A stretch of DNA of 64,000 bases from Lytechinus pictus (lineage: Eukaryota): assembly GCF_037042905.1 (NCBI RefSeq), contig NC_087251.1, positions 45,758,001-45,822,000 of the forward strand, given 5' to 3'. Both the position numbers and the translations under genes were made by a program. The notes beneath the pieces are model-generated. The model saw nothing but the letters and a program-made list of their open reading frames with translations, made no database searches and was not told the origin of the DNA. This document shows, piece after piece, positions 1 to 11,696 of the stretch; the stretch's first letter is position 1, and the number at the start of each line of letters is the position of its first letter.

Positions 1-279
1 TATAAAAGTCCCTTATTAAAGTTGATTACTTTTACAACTCTACCTTTTTCATATGGCATATCAGTTATAAGACTGAATGCAAACAAAATCAAACAAACTA
101 ATGTCTTGTGAATGGGAAAATGTGAATGGGAAAATGTAATTCACGAATGTTAACTATTACACAAAGACCAATGCCTTGTTGCTAAGATAGGTAAACATTC
201 AGCTTTAAAGGGAATATAGTAATAGAAATACATCTAACTACAGAAAAGAATATTTATGATGCATAAACAAAGTGATGAA

Positions 280-2880
280 ATGCCGAAACTTGTGTTTCAG
301 TGGCTTTGCTAGGGTTCACAGAGTGTTTCGGAGACTTCAAACATGTTAACATATTGCATTTTCCATCATTTAGCTAACAGATTATTTAAATTTTAACACT
401 TGTTTATTGTTATGTTAAATCCAATTATTAAAAAAAATCCCAAATTATCTGTTAAGTTCAATGCAGAAAGTTGGTTGGCAATTAATTTGTTATATGCCTT
501 TAGTGTTTAGGAACATAGCCATGAGCAATCATGTACGTGCAATTATTGATACTGCACTTTCTGATTTACTTAATAGCAATTTACTTTGCATTATACAACA
601 ACAAGCTGTTTAAAAAAGTACATACAATACATGTAAGTTATATGTACATGATTATAATTCAAAACAATTGTTGGTATTGGAATCACTTGTAGTGAATGGT
701 GTTAGGGTAATTCTATTTATGGCAAAAGTACTAACTATCCACCTATACCTACCTAGAGCTCAAGCTCATAAAATTAATCAAATTATAGTTGAAAAAAAAT
801 TGTTAATCATAGGACATTATTGTCAACACAGTCTTCTCAAGGATTTAGTTAGTTATTTTCTCAATATCTAAGTTTTAAATCATGCTTTGCTTTTATCTTG
901 ATCTTTTGTCATCTTTGGCACTTGGTTTTCTTCCCACCTTTTTTCTTAATGAAGACATACATCGTAAGCTGTACATAAAGTATTTATAAACAAATCATAT
1001 AAAATCACATTCTAAATTGCATCTAAATATACCTTTCAAAACTTAATATTTTTGTAGAGACAACCTGGCAATTGAAATCTAAGTATGAGACAAAATTGTG
1101 AGCAGCTTTTGTATAAATTCAACTGAAATGAAAATCCTTCAAGGCAAACAGATTGCAATACATCTGTCACAGAAAGTAATTTAAGAAAGTTTCCTTTAAG
1201 CCTAAAACTTATAATGGTATATGGCAAAGAGAATGAAGCCTCTGAATCATACGAGAATTTACATGTACATGTCTCAGATGCCTTGATATTTGAGAAAATG
1301 CAAAGATTAATTTTAAATATTTGTATATTAAAGTGTTCCTAAATTGTTCCTAAATATTACATAATTTACATTGTATATTTGTGCGCATGTGTGTAAGTAT
1401 GCACGTATCTACACAATAAAGTAACCTAAATTTGATAGAGGGTAACACATGTTTACAACTGTAAAATTGAATCACAAATACAAGTTCTTTTGTATATCAT
1501 TAAAAATATGAAAATCTGATGAAGACATGCTCATTCCTGTAATTTTAGAGATCAAAACCAAACGTGCTGTTGAAAAAATGCCAAATTTTTCTTATCCAGG
1601 ACATTGGAATAACACAAAATACCGGCGGTGTTAACTCTTCTTTGAAGCCTCCAAAACAAGTGTTAACATAAGTTTAGGATGCCTGTTAATTTGGGAAAAT
1701 GCAGAGCTTTATTTTGAGCCACTGTATATTACAATATTAACGTTACATGGTTTATATGTGTGAACTTTCTTTCTTTTAGTTAATGTGTAATTTTTATATA
1801 TTCTGAGTTAGAAATAGGGAAATGCATGTTTTATGAGTGGAAAATACCATCTCAAATACTTAGCTCAGGTATAACTTAAAAAATATTATTAATTCATAAA
1901 ATGAAATATGTTTCTGTTCTTTAGTAGATCAAAAACAACCAAAATAAATTTAAAATGTGAACACTCTCTTATCTATGAATTCAGAATAACAAAAAAACAT
2001 GTGTTAACTGATGTTTGAAGCCTCCAAAACAGAATTTTTATGTTATCAGCGAGTTCTGAAAAAAATTGAATTGATATACATACAATTTCTACCTGAGGCC
2101 AGTCTATACAACATAACATATGATTATAATACAGATTTAACCTGAAAATTTTTGATTGAAGTAACAAAAAAATCAAAACAAGTGATTTGACTGTTTCGGA
2201 GGCTTCAAGTGTTTCGGAGGCTTCAACTGTTAACGGAAAGTTTGTATCATCTCTTATTTTCAAACAGCAAGGAATATCTCTGCTATTTATTGACAGGTGA
2301 ACTAGGTGTCCAGATACTACAATGTGATGTATTGATTGGTCAAGTTCCTTCGTTCATATTTATATGAGCGGTCTGTAAAGTTTGTTTCGGAGGCTTCAAA
2401 ACAGTTAACGGAAAATTTACCTTCATCAGTTAGGCTTTGAAAAAATTGTAAAAAGAAGTGTGATCAAAGATATTTTGTTATTATTTGGAAGTTTATACTT
2501 CAAATGTTGCATAAAGGTCCTAGGGAGCAGAATTTAATTTTTTTTAAACCACTGCTCGGAATACAAAGTTTGTTAGCTAATGTTAACGGAAAATGAAGCC
2601 TCCGAAACAACAAATTAGACCACCCTGTTCTCAAAAATAAAGAAGCAGTCACACTAATAACCTATCTGGTATTTTTCATTGAACATCTAACTTCACATTC
2701 TGCATAACAAAAGTAATCCTCAACATTCCAGAAATAATACAGGGCATTACAAAAAAGTCTATGTATTTTATGTACACAAAAAAGGTGCAACTTTGGGTAC
2801 TTATGTGCCTGCCAAAATTGAACGAAGTAATGAGTGAAGATGTCTATGCTACCCGAGGTAGCACTCATTGAGGTCACTCA
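280..2880. mobile_element. End of a DNA transposon with dispersed subterminal motif GTTTCGGAGGCTTCAA in both orientations
   Basis: Motif or its complement near 325, 1235, 1643, 2015, 2193, 2211, 2384 and 2594. Apparent terminus GAGGTCACTC|ATAT near 2880. No transposase ORF seen. Confidence 0.5.
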
Positions 2881-5800
2881 TATGCCAAAGCATCTTCAAA
2901 TTATGTGGCTTTATGAGAATGCTACAGATAAAAACATTGAAATTTCAGAGTTACACCATATATTGTGAAAATGACCGTATATGATTAGATTGGCATGTGT
3001 GCACTGGTAACAAACAGTTGCTTGGCCAGGATGCTCCCCAGGGAGTGGAAATGGTGCACTTTATGTGTGGATCCAGTGACAGGGGTAATAAAAGTGTTTA
3101 GAAACAAAGTACATATGAAGTGCTATATATATACAGTAAATGTAACTAAATTTTTTATTTTTTTGTTTTATTATTATGAATTTTTCTTTAAAAGACATCT
3201 TACAAATTATATTATAGATGTGAGACTTTATCCAGTTGTAAGTACAATAAATAAACGAATTCCAATAGAATTTTACAGAATGACTACAAATTGTTTGTAG
3301 GTATAAATACATCTTAATATCAAAATAATGTCAATGCACGATGCAGGAAAAAGTTGAGAAATTATTCCGTAAATTGAAAAATATGCCAAGATATTCTGCC
3401 ATTATATGGGTCTACATGTACATGGGTCTATATGGCAACATCTTTGTCATGAATGAATTTAACTGACATGCTGTCCCAAAATACTTTTCTTTCTTTTAAA
3501 CTTGTTCGATATGTCCATAATTCTGTGCAATCTTTGCTTGATATTTACTTGGATATTTGCAAACTGTAGATGGTTCCAACTGCTACACAACCCAATGATT
3601 TTTTTAAAACGATATAATATCCAAAAGTAGATGTAAAGTCCAGGAAATATAAAAATATCCAGCATTAATTTATAATTTGTTTATTTGGGATTTTTATAAA
3701 AAAATAAGTACTATGTAAAGTAGAAAATATAGTGTTATATTTCAGTCTCAGGCAACAAAAGGGCCTCAAAATTGGTTATGAAGGTCAAAGAATGAAACTA
3801 GAATTTAATCTCTCATATCATTCACCAGGGGGGGACATCAGAAAATTGTTAGACACCCGTGTCCAGTGTTATGAGCAAAATGGATACTTATCTGGTTACC
3901 AAAAATAATAAAAAAATTCTGGAAATGTTCCCCTCATAACAAAATATTGGAAATTAATGTATTTCTTATTCTTTGAGAATGGATGTAATGCAAAAGTAAT
4001 AGACAATAATTTGACACACATTGAATTAAGTTACATGTACATGTATATGGTGCCTTGTCCTAACTAATTTACACGTTATTTGAATAAATAGTTTATTTGC
4101 CTTGCTATCATGTACATAGTAGCAGCACTTCCTATATTTTCAATATTTTATGTTGGATCGTTGTAACATGAATACACTGGACAGTGAATTTTTTTTTTTC
4201 TCAATAACTAGAGGGTTTTTGTTTACATACATAAATCCAGTCTTTCAAAATTGTTTTTACTTCATCTACGACAGCATCAGTCTTGAGGAAAATACTGATG
4301 GAGTGTCGGTACCCATAAAGACTCAAATATTATTATTCATCTTTTGTATTGATTGTGAAGTGTGTGAAGGGTTTCAAATGTATCTTGATAATCATAAAAT
4401 GTTTACATTATGCAGATATCTTTATCATTCTGTGTGTCCCAGAAAAGGGGAAACTGGTTTTCTCAGGTTATTCGTTCCAGCGTAGACGAGTGCTTTAGGA
4501 TATCTTATTGACATTTTCAAAAAGTGAAGTGTTATGATAAGATACATAAAATGCATTGACGAGGCAAAAAAAAAGTTTTAAATTTCAATGTCAAAATCAA
4601 GTTTGCACAAAAAATTGGTAATGATTGCCTTGCATCGGAAAGGGATGTCTCATTAGAATTTCTGTTATATTGCATTGCCTGTTTGTTTCACTGGCTCTGT
4701 AAATTAAAGAGGTTTCATTCATTGTATTAGTGTCCTATTTGAAACCAAAATATATTTGATGATTTGTGATTTCTATCCCTGCAAATGTCAATGTGTTTCC
4801 TTTTTTATGGGAGGCAATGTATTTTCTTCATTCATCAACCTCTCTGAACATGTCTGAAGTCAAATGTATTCATAAACAAGACCTCTTTCTTACATTATTC
4901 TCTGTATCTATGCCATGTAAATCAAATTTTTTACGAGCCAATTTAACGAGTCTAAGTAATTCAACAGTTTGACTGTATTTGGCTGATATACACACAACCC
5001 TAATACACTGAAGTATACATGCCTTTTTGGTATGAACTTGGGTAAACTTTGATGGAAGAAATAGATGAAAACTAACAATATAGGCTTGTTTCGATTGTAA
5101 TCCCGTTTGCAAGATAGGCCTACACTGTGTGTTATTTGTGTCCTCTAAAGTTTGGCAAAGATATCATTTCTTGGGTTAATTTTTCAAAACTGTGATTTGT
5201 TCCATCTTTAGGGTGCCAGGGAAAAAAAATCTGCTGAACTATCAACCTCAGATTCAATTAGAAGTTCATTGGCACCCGAACTATGTGTGGATTTGTTGCA
5301 CTATATCTGTAAAAGTTTTTGATTACTTCAGTGAGATCTGTCTATAGTGACCACCTAAGGCCAAGGGAAACACAAAATATGGCTTTTATATACAGGTTCC
5401 ACAGTGGGGAAACAAATGACTGCTAGACAGTTCTAATACACATAATCTACCTTTATGGTAATCAGTGTCAGCGGTCACTACAGACAGGTGGCTATCATAG
5501 AGATGTAGCCAATAACACTGTTCTTGACAGTATTTTTCTTCTTATATTCTGGGATTTTACTTTTTTTCTCTCTATTTTTTGATGAGAGAGAGTGTGTCGT
5601 GTGTCGATTCATGATGAATTTGCAATCATTCTTTTTTAAACCTGTCTGATATACTTCCAAATATTCTATCATGATTTTTAAATAAATGAAATCAATAGAA
5701 TGATTGATTGCTATTTGTGTGTTTGCTTCATATTAAAGGCCTCTCACATTCAGTATTTTGTAAGTTCTTATTCCATAAAACCTCTTATCAAAACGAATTC

Positions 5801-5904
5801 TAACTTTATGTGACAAATTGCTCTCAGCAAATCAAATTTACGCTTTTAAAAATCTATAGTTGCTAACACGTCACTGATAACAGGTTTTATAATCTTTTCA
5901 GTAG

Positions 5905-6075
5905 AATTTTTTTTTTTAGTGTATAGAAACCATTACATTTTTTTATACTGAGGTTTTTTACCTGACTGCTAAGAAAGCAAGAATGCCTGTGAGCAAGCAA
6001 CCAGGGGACCAACAGCTTAAGGTCCTCTCCGAGGGACCTGGTAATGAGGATAAATTCCTTACCAAAGGGCACTGT
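5905..6075 (-). mobile_element. SINE fragment
   Basis: Reverse complement agtgccctttggtaaggaatttatcctcattaccaggtccctcgg; related fragment on the + strand near 56430-56510. Confidence 0.45.
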
Positions 6076-6364
6076 ATGGTGGACACCCTGCTTCGTACAC
6101 AAAAGTATGTAAACAACTGTTCACTTTGGAGCGTCTGGGGCGATGTAGATGCGTACTCTAAAAACTGAAAAGGGTATCAAAATTGCCAAATTGGGGAATA
6201 AGAGGGAACATTTTTTCAGCCCTGTCATAGAGATGAAATAAATAACACTTAAGGGTCAAGAAAACATGAAAAAATACTTCACTAGAGTATTGTATAGAGT
6301 CCATGTTGGAAGTCCAAGCATGGTGTCCAACCTACAATGACAGTGACTGCCAAGGGAATGCCAA

Positions 6365-6927
6365 AGGGGAATGAAAGCCTTGGAACAAGTGGGCTTGTGT
6401 GGAAAAAGAAAAATCAAAGAATGAGATCAAAGAAAGTTTGAGAAAAATCGGACAAACAATTAGAAAGTTATGAGCATTTGAATATTGTGATCACTAATGC
6501 TATGGAGATCCTCCCATTGGCAATGCGACAAACGTGTGTGATGTCACATGTGAAGAACTTTCCCTTTGATGGACTATAAAATACCCCCAAATCTCTCTTT
6601 TTGCTCTTTCTGATGGTGATACAAACTCTTTATCCATAATATATTCTTTGAAAATCTGTTTTACAAGCCCTCCTATAGAAATAATTCATGATCTACTGAT
6701 AGATGTGATAAAAGAGGCATTTTAAGTGAAATATATATATTTAAAAAAAAAATGGGAAAGTTGTTCACATGTGACATCACATTACAATAATGATCTACTA
6801 AACTTCAAATGCTAATATTTTTCTTCTTAATATTATTCATTCAATTTTTCTCAAACTTTCATTGATCTGTTTCTTTGATTTTTCTGTTTTCACACAAGCC
6901 ATCTTGTTCCAAAGGTGTCAAATTCCT
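6365..6927. mobile_element. Palindromic non-autonomous element (AGG..CCT|TTAA family, Kolobok-like)
   Basis: Long imperfect inverted arms, right end cct|ttaa; shares the aaaatcgga..aagttatg motif with other copies. Confidence 0.65.
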
Positions 6928-7119
6928 TTAATTTACAGCAAATATGAACTGGGAGACGCCTCAAGTCTGGCCGGGTTCCTTACCCATAATGCACCATTCT
7001 CAGCAGTGTAGTCTTTTAATATAATCCCACTTGAAATGGTTATACATGAATTCACTACTCGGATCACATTCATACCAAAATAATTATGTTTCTAAGTAAT
7101 AATAATAAATTCAATTTAT

Positions 7120-7810
7120 TAGGTGCCACATCCATCTCGTAAGAGATGCTCAAGGCGCACAAGTGAAGGGGGGGGGCCAAAAAAAAAATAACATAACAAA
7201 AAGTCATCATTGATAAAATGGATATAGAGGTAAATTTTTAGATTAATCTTAAATGATTCGACACACTTGCTATCCCGTATCGCTTGTGGGAGGGATTCCT
7301 TAGTGAGGGCCCTGCATGGATGAATGCTTTTTTCCCCCACTTTGTGTTACATTTTGGATCTGTAAGGAGACCGGAGTCACTGGAGTGTAGAAGCCTAGAT
7401 GGTGTGAATGAGAGCAGAGCCATGAACTGAGGTAAAAGGAGTAAAAAGACCTTGAATTTGACACGTTCACTCAAGGGCAACCAATGTAGAGATTTAATTA
7501 CCGTAAGAACAGGGGGTTGTTTCAAAAAGATTTAAATATGACTCAGAGTCGCACTTAAATGCCTAGTTGCGTGCATTATACAAGGCGTCCTCTTAGCATG
7601 ATCTGACCAATGCGGTTGCATTGGTCAGATCATGCTAAGAGGACGCGCACTCCTGCCAATTGATCAATTAGATTGCGCATTGTATTTCAGATACACGTCA
7701 GCATTTAAGTGCGATTTAAGTCATACTTAAATCTTTGTGAAACGCCCTTATGGTGTGATATGGGTAAATTTGCTATGAAAGGTCACTATACGAGCAGCAG
7801 AATTCTGTAG
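7120..7810 (-). mobile_element. L2/CR1-group LINE 3' remnant interrupted by a MITE
   Basis: LQNSAARIVTFHSKFTHITP (7810-7750) continues after a MITE (7513-7747) as ..KSLHWLPLSERVKFK..WGKKAF; this is a typical L2 ORF2 C-terminus. Confidence 0.75.
7513..7747. mobile_element. MITE with GGG..TTTCA / TGAAA..CCC ends, inserted in a LINE
   Basis: Terminal inverted repeats; splits a contiguous LINE reading frame. Confidence 0.7.
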
Positions 7811-8157
7811 TTATAAACAAGTACTTTTCCTGTTAAAGAAATCTCAGTTTCTCTATACAGATGAAATTTTAGGCAAATTTATTCTCTGAATTAAATTGTT
7901 ATCTGTAAGGCACATTTCAAGACTTGCTATTTATGCACACAAGTCAATAACAGACCACAGACAGTTCACTCCCCCTTTTTTAGACACTCGGCAGAAGTCA
8001 ACCTCCATAAGTCAAATAATCATCAACTTAAAGCATTATTTCATACCAGAATTAGAAGAAAAAAAAGTTTTATAAATATCTTCTGTAAGTCAGAACAGAT
8101 TTGACATAAGCATAGTCATCTGTACATTACTTCCATTTTCAAAAGTTGAAAAAACAG

Positions 8158-8316
8158 GGCCCCTTTTCATAAAGAGTTACAACTATTGTAACTTTGTCAT
8201 TGTGGCAACTACCATGGCAACAGGCCCGACTCAGCAACCAATCATAATCAAGGTTTCCGTGGTAGTTGCCATAATAACAAAGTTAAAGAGTTGTAACTCT
8301 TTGATGGAACAGGCCC
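8158..8316. mobile_element. PIF/Harbinger-like MITE
   Basis: Inverted termini ggccc..ttcataaagagttac / gtaactctttgatggaacaggccc, with CAG on both flanks. Confidence 0.65.
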
Positions 8317-10984
8317 CAGAACTTTGACTCATTAATGACACAGATGAAGCAATATCATTGTTTTCTGTTTTAATAGATGAGTTTGCAAAGTTTTTAAGAT
8401 ATAGAATTGAATTCTGACATTCACAATAAACGCTCCATCTGAAAAGTGACTGCACATGAGCAATGATATATTCAGTTAAATAGGTTTCTTCATAGACGAG
8501 TTCGAGGAGTTTATTTAGGAAATCACTATGCAGCACAGCAATAACGGCATAATATTCTCACTATTTCAAATTAGGTAAATCATCAGGGTGTCTAACCTTG
8601 GTCAAATATATTTATTTTGAAATGTACATCCATTAAAAAATAATAGATTCACATTCAATTACATAGATAAAAAGTAATATCGAAATAAGATTTTGAAAAA
8701 CAACAATGTGCCCGGTAATGTAAAAAACAAAACGGTCAATCATTCTAAAAATTGAGAATGCATCTCAATCCATAGTTTTCCATGGACTTATGACTAATAT
8801 CAAATGCAAGATTGTTTGAATCTTTGAAGTTCTTAAAAGGACACTGGAAGCATGAACAAGATAAAGGCAAAACAACACTTTGTTCTGGAAATGATGCACA
8901 TTCAGGAAAAACTTTAAAAAAAAATCAATAATCTGAAATTCTTATATTGCATAAAATGTATTTCATCAAATCATAAAATCAAATTATTCAATGATGTGCA
9001 AATAGTAGAATTAGGTTATTCAATGTTCTGCAACCTGCCGAGATAACGTTGCAAAATACACCAAATCTTTCTATCAATATTTGACATTTAAATTCATACT
9101 ACTTCTAAAATCGAGGGCATAGATTGACTTTAAACAGCCTATGTCATGTCGAGTTCCATGAACATACATGTAAAAGCGCTTTCAGTCTTCTCTATCCAAC
9201 ATGGCTGTCCTCAGTTCACAAATGCTATAAAGGCCTATGTCTTCCTTCAGAACACTGATTAAGTGGCCAGACTTCTCTCTCATGAACTCTTACATCAAAT
9301 TTAATCACAACTTTGGTCTTGCACAAAATAAAGAAAAAAAAAGATCTTCTTCAAAACTTACCATTTCTTTAAACTAATGTGAATTCAAAGAGCCCCTATT
9401 AGAAATATATTGAAAAAAAAAAAAGGTTTTCCAAACTATGAAATGATGGTGACATAGTTATCCTGTGTTGTTGCTGTATATAGCAGTAATCTCCTTGCAA
9501 ATATGATATTTACATCCGTTGAAAATTTAAAACTTCATAAAATTTTCAATTGACCCTTAAAACTGTCCTAAAATTGATTCAGTTACAACAAATATGCATA
9601 AAATCCATTCCATAAATAAAATTATTTTAAAATATTCATTATGTTCAATCATAAAATCAAGGAGTACTGTTCTTGTATATGTTTAAGTACCACACTGGCA
9701 AATAGACAACAAAGAAATTAAAAATCTTATTTACAAGACTTTGCTGATAATTACATGAAAGAGTTGCTTTGATTATATACACACAATCACAAATATCATA
9801 CACTTTGGTTTATATTCACAAACAATATAGGCATTCATAAAATTTACATTAAAATTCATTATTTCTATTTATTCAACACATACACAACATTTGATGATTT
9901 GTTTAGTTAATTAGGATAAAGCCATTCACCCAAACTAGAATGCACGCAATCTTGTAGTCTATGCAAATTCATACCAGCAATTTCAGCAAGCAGGAAAAAA
10001 AAATGGTTAATTTGGTATCACCTTGATGAAATTAATTGATCAATTTATGAAGTAATCATTTTGTTAATACCACGTGTATCAATATAGAAACACACTGAAC
10101 TGGTCAAAAGTCTTATTATCACATGATTAATACATCAAAGAAAATGATGAACTGTACATAGAAAAGGATTTCAGTTTAAACATATCAATCCTTATCAAAT
10201 ACATGGACAGTTAAAAATATCTATGCTAGTCTATAAAAACAAAATACAAGGTACATTAAAACGGCAGTGTTAAAAGTAAAATATTGCATTTGGAAACCCA
10301 ACATAAATCATGAATTTGTACAAAATAAAAATCAGCTTTAAAATTTCAAATCATAAAGCCAAAAATTGAGTGTAAAACTCATCAGGGTATGTCATCAAAA
10401 CAGGAAAGCATGCACACTTGTATGCAAATAAAGACAAATTTTGTTTGTTATTAATGTGGCTTGTGTATTTCTTAAGTGCTATTTAAGAATATGATTCAAA
10501 TGCAAAAAAAAACAGGGCAACAGTTTTTAAGCTTTATGAGTTGAAACAGATTGGCCTAAAGCCTACTGCACACGACATGTCCCACCTGAGACCAGATTTT
10601 TAACATTTTAACAAACAACTTTTTTTGCCTCAAATACCAGTTTTGACGAGTAATTTCTCATTTGAATCTCACAAAGGAATGCTACAATGAAACTTCAAAT
10701 GCAAATCTGTAGCCCAGGGTCGGGATAACTCAGTTTCAAGTCATAGCCAACTGAGATATTGCTTTGTCAACAATGTGACTGAATATCATATTTGATATTG
10801 CGTGTATAGTTCTTACTAATGCCCTTGCTGATGTGTATTATTTGTATACTATAACATTTACAAAAAATAAAAATTGAATAAAAAAAATGGTGGTGTAGTG
10901 TGCAGTTGGCTAGTTTTTCAAAGATAAGAAGCATACAGTCGTATACCAATACATGATGATACACATACACACAAACACACTCCT

Positions 10985-11153
10985 GGGGGTGTTTCATGAA
11001 AGTTGTCAGCACCGACTAAATTGTCAGTGCTGACTATTTCAGTGAAATCCTTGCTTTTGATTGGCTGAGAAGCACTGGCCTCTGACTGTTGCTATGGTAA
11101 CTGTCGGAGAAAGACATCTTGTCAGTGCTGACAACTTTCATGAAACGGTCCCC
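10985..11153. mobile_element. PIF/Harbinger-like MITE in the FRMD8 3' region
   Basis: gtttcatgaaagttgtcagcac / gtgctgacaactttcatgaaac inverted arms. Confidence 0.75.
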
Positions 11154-11628
11154 GTAAACAATGCAAAAGTGTTGGATTTTCATGTTTGATATGGATCACA
11201 TATTCCTCTGATGAATTGAACGTTGAGGATGGCATTCCAGTGATCCATCGGGACTTCTCTCCACACATCTAAATACATGTGTCGTCGTTCACCGCGTTCA
11301 ACTGGGCGTTGGAGCGTGAGCCTGTAATCCAAGCAACATGGGGCAGTCGTGAACTGATGCAGGGAACTGATGCAGTTTGGGCCCGGCCACATCTTTCGGC
11401 TGCTGACATTAAAAGTCGGCCCCAGATATAAGTAATCATATCCGGTCGATACACGTCTGTAAAAACCCGACAACGTACACACTGTTTTCGAGCGCCATAT
11501 CGACACCAGCTGCATTGTCTGATATGACTATTGAGTCAATGTCATAAGCACAGACTGCCAGTCCATGTTTAGTTTATGTTCAAAAGCTCTGATATCAAAA
11601 GGTTCTTCTGACCAAGAGGAAGTTCCAC

Positions 11629-11696
11629 TCACCTACCGAACAGGCTATGGAATGTGAATGACCTCTTGACCTTTGGCTTCTTGCTTATCAGTTCAC
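11629..11696 (-). CDS. FRMD8: FRMD8-like terminal coding exon (GELISKKPKVKRSFTFHSLFGR*)
   Basis: ttttattgcag acceptor, phase 1, TGA at 11631-11629. Confidence 0.78.

Noticed and set aside
2990..5700. Additional gene or transposase exons
   Set aside because: Only short AT-rich ORFs with no recognisable motif and no phase-consistent exon chain.
11570..11631. Selenocysteine or readthrough at the FRMD8 TGA
   Set aside because: Only 19 codons follow before TAA, and no SECIS-like structure was recognised.
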